A stretch of DNA of 64,000 nt from Macrostomum lignano (Eukaryota), in contig NIVC01002831.1 in the NCBI GenBank assembly GCA_002269645.1, positions 22,350-86,349 on the forward strand, written 5' to 3'. Numbering within the stretch: the first letter of the stretch is position 1; each line of letters starts with the position of its first letter. Under the pieces are notes generated by a model. That model was given only the letters and a program-made list of their open reading frames with translations. It was not told the DNA's origin and made no database searches. The translations under genes were made by a program, and so were the position numbers. Below are positions 59,190 through 64,000 of the stretch, one piece after another.

Positions 59190-60544
59190 ATGCGCACTCA
59201 CCTGGCCAAGACGCGTCACGTGGCTCTGGTGCACGGCCTGCTAGGCTGGGGCCCAGGCCAGCTGGTTCTGCCTAGCGGCGCCGTCTCCTACTGGGAGACG
59301 GCTGTGGATTCTCGCACGGACACCAGCGGCCTGACAGTCTTGGAGGCCGGTGTTGGCCCAATCAGTTCGCAGCATGACCGAGCATGCGAGCTATACGCGC
59401 AGCTTCGCGGATGCCGTACAGACTATGGCGAAGAGCACTCGGCCTTGCATGGCCACGAGCGATGGGGCCCGGACTTTACTGGCCGAGGCCTCCACCCAGA
59501 CTGGTGCGCTGAGCAGCCAATCCATCTAGTTGGACACTCGGCCGGTGGAAACACTTCTAGAACTCTCCAGCGCCTGTTGGCTGATGATTTCTGGTCGGAG
59601 GGCACCGAGTCCAATTGGGTCACATCCGTAACTTGCCTGGCCAGTCCGCTCAACGGCTCGCCCGCTGTCTATATGTTCGGCTGCGACGAAGCTACCGGCT
59701 TATTTCGTTGGCCGCGCATGCTGAACGTTTTTAGTCGCCTATTGCCGCGCAACTGGATTCTGGAACATTGGGGCCTATCCGACACTGATGTTGCTTATCC
59801 ATCTCGACTGCGCTCCAGCGGAATTTTCGCTGGAACTGATAACCTGGCTTACGATTTGTCCATTCAAGGCTGCTCTCGCATCAATTATTCGGGATTCCTT
59901 GATGACTTTTTATCCACGTACTATCTGTCCTGCGTTGCAAAGTGCACAGCGCCAGGAACTTCTTGTTCGAACTGTGCGACTCCAAGTCGAGACTGTCGCT
60001 CATTTTTTCTGCCCTCTTGTCGCTATATGTGCTCGCGCAGAGTGCGTATTAAACATCGGAACCATTCTACAGATGCTGATCATCGGTTACATCAGGAGTT
60101 TTACCGTCCAGACCTCGACCTAGATTGGTGCCACAACGACGGCCTAGTACCAATTGCCAGTCAGCGTTATCCTATTGGCGGCTCGCACTCTATTGGCGGC
60201 GAGTTGAGTTCGGAGCAGCCAGAACAGGGTCGCTGGTACTACACAAACGCTACTGATCTGGCTGGCGTACAGCCGAATCTGTCCTGGGACCACGCCGACT
60301 TTACAGTGCTGCGTAGTCCTCTTCTTAGCTTGGCTTTCCAGCCAATAGCAGTATTTGCCGATTTCTGCGATGCGGCCGTAAGGGCAGTCTAGCGCCAGCT
60401 CGTGCTCCATTGAAAGATGCGGAGCTTAATACAAACGAAAAATCTGACCCCGATGCTGATGCTGAATCTGGCGGGACAGTGACACGTTGCATGCAGCGCT
60501 CCTTCTATGAGCGGCTGTACCGCCATCTGAGCGGCCTGTCTTAG
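59190..60544 (+). CDS. Alpha/beta-hydrolase lipase resembling bacterial family I.5/I.6, intronless; probable 1-bp deletion near 60328
   Basis: VHGLLGW, HDRACELYAQLRG...DYGEEHSALHGHERWG, GHSAG nucleophile, SPLNGS, AYDLS, HNDGLVP and WDHADF. A shifted frame open from 60329 ends QRSFYERLYRHLSGLS* at 60544, which looks like the family C-terminus. The start codon is uncertain. Confidence 0.88.
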
Positions 60545-61110
60545 GTTACATTGGTTTAACGCAAACCCTTTTGCCGAAGAAACATTTTGTTACAGATAAG
60601 TTGAATTTGAAACTTGGAAAATATTTTGTTTCTTTCATTATTTTTCAGTTTATGCTTAGCCATATTGCTTTTTAAAATACCACATTATTTGTACTCCAAT
60701 GAAACTTTTCCTGGAATACGCCGAGGCGCCCAATAATTTATTGTTCAAACTTAATTATTATGATGCTTTACGCTCTTTTGACCTGAAATATACGAGCTAC
60801 CATTGACTTTTGCTTCCATCAGAAGCATGCGGTTTCGAGTTAATCTTTATTTTGCGATTATTGTACCTTAAAAATTGCTAGTGAAGGTACTTACGAGCGT
60901 AGTCTCGTTGCTCGTAGATGTATGCTTTTGTTTCAGAATCAGAATCTAAAGAATCTTAGCTCTATCTACTCGTCATTGCGTTTGGCAGTTATTTATAGTC
61001 GTAATTTGTCGATTTACATTTAGTTTTCAAACGAAGTTAGTGAAATGTTTTCAAGGTGGCGACAATAAAGTGAATTTAAATATATTTTCGTTTCCGTTTC
61101 TTATGCCTGC

Positions 61111-63523
61111 ATGCCTAAAATGCCGCGTCAGCAATCGTCGTCCTCTGAGGACTCATCATCCGAAGATGAGAAAGTGAAAAAGCCAACAACCCCTGGAGGC
61201 AAAGTGATCCCGAGTCCCAGCAAGACTGGATCAGCTGCAAAAAAACCACAGAAGCGTCCTGTGCCTGCCGAATCATCAAGCGATTCTGATTCTGATTCGT
61301 CTGACGCTAAGCCGCCAGTCAAAAAGGCTGCGCCTGTCAAGCCCGTTGGTAAGAAGGTAGTGGCTGAGGACTCATCAACCGACTCGTCTTCTGAGAACGA
61401 GAAGCCACCAGCCAAGAAGCCAGCTGCTGCCACTCCTGCAGCCAAGCCAGCTGCTGCCACTCCTGCAGCCAAGACACCCAAAAAGACACCGGTAAAAAAG
61501 CAGGAGTCGTCGTCAAGCGACTCGTCTTCTGAGGACGAGAAGCCACCAGCCAAGAAGCCAGCTGCTGCCACTCCTCCAGCAAGACACCTAAAAAGACACC
61601 GGTAAAAAAGCAGGAGTCGTCATCAAGCGACTCGTCTTCTGAGGACGAGAAGCCACCAGCCAAGAAGCCAGCTGCTGCAACTCCTCCAGCCAAGACACCA
61701 AAAAGACACCGGTAAAAAAGCAGGAGTCGTCATCAAGCGACTCGTCTTCTGAGGACGAGAAGCCACCAGCCAAGAAGCCAGCTGCTGCTACTCCTGCAGC
61801 TGCAGCCAAGCCAGTCACAAAAACACCGGCAAAGAAGCAGGAGTCGTCATCAAGCGACTCGTCTTCTGAGGACGAGAAGCCACCAGCCAAGAAGCCAGCT
61901 GCTGCTACTCCTGCAGCTGCAGCCAAGCCAGTCACAAAAACACCGGCAAAGAAGCAGGAGTCGTCATCAAGCGACTCGTCTTCTGAGGACGAGAAGCCAC
62001 CAGCCAAGAAGCCAGCTGCTGCTACTCCTGCAGCCAAGCCAGCTGCCACTCCTGCAGCCAAGACACCCAAAAAGACACCGGTAAAAAAGCAGGAGTCGTC
62101 GTCAAGCGACTCGTCTTCTGAGGACGAGAAGCCACCAGCCAAGAAGCCAGCTGCTGCCACTCCTCCAGCCAAGCCAGCCACAAAGACACCGGTAAAGAAA
62201 AAGGAGTCGTCATCAAGCGACTCTTCTTCTGAGGATGAGAAGCCAACAGCTAAGAAAGTAGCTCCTGCTGCTGCCACTCCTGCAGCCAAGACACCCAAAA
62301 AGACACCAGTAAAGAAGCAAGATTCTTCATCCAGTGATTCTTCGGATGATGAACAGCCGCCACCAAAAAAGATCGCTTACTAACAACGCCAATAAAAAGT
62401 CGCCCGTGTCAGAAAAGCTGCCAAACGGAAAGCATATTGTGCCAAAAGCGACGCATTGCCTTCTGCTAAGCAATCTGGATCCTTCCATCACTCGAAAGGA
62501 CCTGTCCAACTTTTTGGACGACAAAGACATTGCTCGTCTTGACGCAGGTTTAGTCAGTGCTCCGATTGCAATGATCTGCTTTGAAAGTAAATCTGATGCA
62601 GATGCTGCGGCCTCTAAGTGCCAAAATGCGTCTCTAAAGAATCGACAGTTCAGCATTAACACTTTGTCCGGACCGGTGGATCATCTCCAAGTACTACTTG
62701 GAGACGGTGCACCGAAGGTTTCAGCTCCAATGACGAATGACTTTTCTCAGAAAGACAAATCTCGCGAAGAACTGCGCGGACAGGCTCGCTCTGTTATTTT
62801 GCTAAATGTGCCTGCCGATGCAGAGGAATCAGATGTGCGCGCTGCTTTTCCAGGGGGTTCTCGCTACAATGTTAAGACTCGTCCCGGTTCTGACACAGGC
62901 GTCTGCTTTGTGGATTTTGATTCAGAGGCTGACTGCTCTGCCGGTTTTGACGAATTCCGCGGCGTTGGACAATTCGGCGGTCGCGAGGTTGCTGTCGCCT
63001 TCGTTGCGCCAAGGCCGAAAGGAAGTCATTTGGTGGCGGTGGCGGGGGCGGTCCTGGTTCAGATAATCCTCCGTCAAAACTGTTGGCGTGTTTAATCTTC
63101 CGTACAGTGCCACTGTCGAACAGTTGTGGAGTATTTCCCTAAAGCACAAGATCTGTTTATTCCTAAGGCGATGATGGCCGCAGCCGCGGATTTGCTTTCG
63201 TCACGTTTGACTCGATTGATAGCGCCAGCGAGGCTGTCAACGCTGGACTGACTCTGGACGGTCGGCAGACCCGGATCGAGTATCGCGAAGATCGCAGTGG
63301 AGGCGGACGTGGCGGTGGCCGTGGCGGCGGCCGCGGTGGATTTGGCGGTGGCCGTGGTGGCTTTGACAGTGGGCGTGGCGGTGGCCGAGGTGGCGGCTTT
63401 GGCGGTGGTCGTGGCGGTCGTGGTGGAGGCCGCGGTGGACGTGGAGGCTTTGGCGCTCCCAAGCCTCGCATAGAGATCGATACAGCCAAGCAGAGCCGCA
63501 AGTTGGATTCTGACTCGGATTAA
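61111..63523 (+). CDS. Nucleolin-like protein (acidic Ser/Lys-rich repeats, three RRMs, RGG tail) with about seven single-base indels
   Basis: N-terminal KKQESSSSDSSSEDEKPPAKKP repeats; RRMs at ~62450-62670, ~62785-63010 and ~63075-63290 (RNP1 RGFAFVTF); GGRGGF tail ending ...KLDSDSD*. Frame breaks near 61580, 61699, 62365, 63020, 63078, 63127 and 63168. Confidence 0.88.
61370..62350 (+). repeat. Coding tandem repeats (~110-125 bp units) of the nucleolin-like acidic domain
   Basis: Repeated GAGTCGTCATCAAGCGACTCGTCTTCTGAGGACGAGAAGCCACCAGCCAAGAAGCCAGCT blocks. Confidence 0.9.
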
Positions 63524-64000
63524 TTTATGTTTCATCTAACTTTCCTAAGCTGCGACGCTTTTTGAAGCTTTATTTTCCATCTTTTTGTGTCTGCTGAATT
63601 TCAGCACATTATTAATAAAAGCAAAACAGTTTAATGCTTCAAATACTATCTTTGTTACTGTATTTGTGGTTTGCTAAATTTGATTAATTCGTATTTTTGG
63701 GTGTTTTCCTCTTACATCGTCGCTCATTGGTCGCGATTTTGTTTAATGTCATCCTTGCAGTTGAAAATTTGCTAACAGACCAATTTTTAAACTAAAACTT
63801 TTTAAATTGTATTGTTCAACAAATTTTCAACAAAATCGGCAAATTATTAATGCTGTACTTATTACAGTTTGGTACAATTATTCTCCTATTTCATACTGCA
63901 AAACCTTTTCTGTCGTGACTAAAATTTTTTCGGTTTGTTGTGAGACGGCTAAAAGGCCGGTCGCTTAGAGCGTTTTAAGCCTAAAAAACATCTTTTTCAC

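Noticed and set aside
61128-63535. Minus-strand ORFs rich in Ala/Gly/Phe or Pro/Thr
   Set aside because: Antisense shadows of the nucleolin-like low-complexity and RGG regions.

Overview
Eukaryotic (animal) DNA. The GC-rich exons, short AT-rich introns, dense minisatellites and closely packed intronless genes would fit a free-living flatworm such as Macrostomum, but that is inference only. All host genes are on the + strand. (1) 1624-18121: a 10-exon gene for a secreted protein built from nine ~205-aa copies of an uncharacterised two-cysteine domain. Each internal copy is one phase-1/phase-1 exon, the copies alternate between two subtypes, they show exon-restricted sequence homogenisation, and one copy is broken by a frameshifting deletion. 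(2) 42403-~55043: Shal/Kv4 potassium channel. (3) 57267-63523: a tight cluster of apparently intronless genes for uracil-DNA glycosylase, a bacterial-type family I.5/I.6-like lipase and a nucleolin-like protein. All three carry single-base indels that look like long-read consensus errors. Mobile DNA includes two decayed mariners, a 5'-truncated RNase H-bearing LINE with TSD, a THAP/P-like transposase remnant, an intact Ty3/Gypsy element with identical LTRs and a candidate -1 frameshift signal, a non-autonomous Helitron carrying two satellites, a DD41D Tc1/mariner remnant and two CORE-like tRNA SINEs. The Gypsy sits in a block that is almost free of CpG. All alignments and counts were done by eye.
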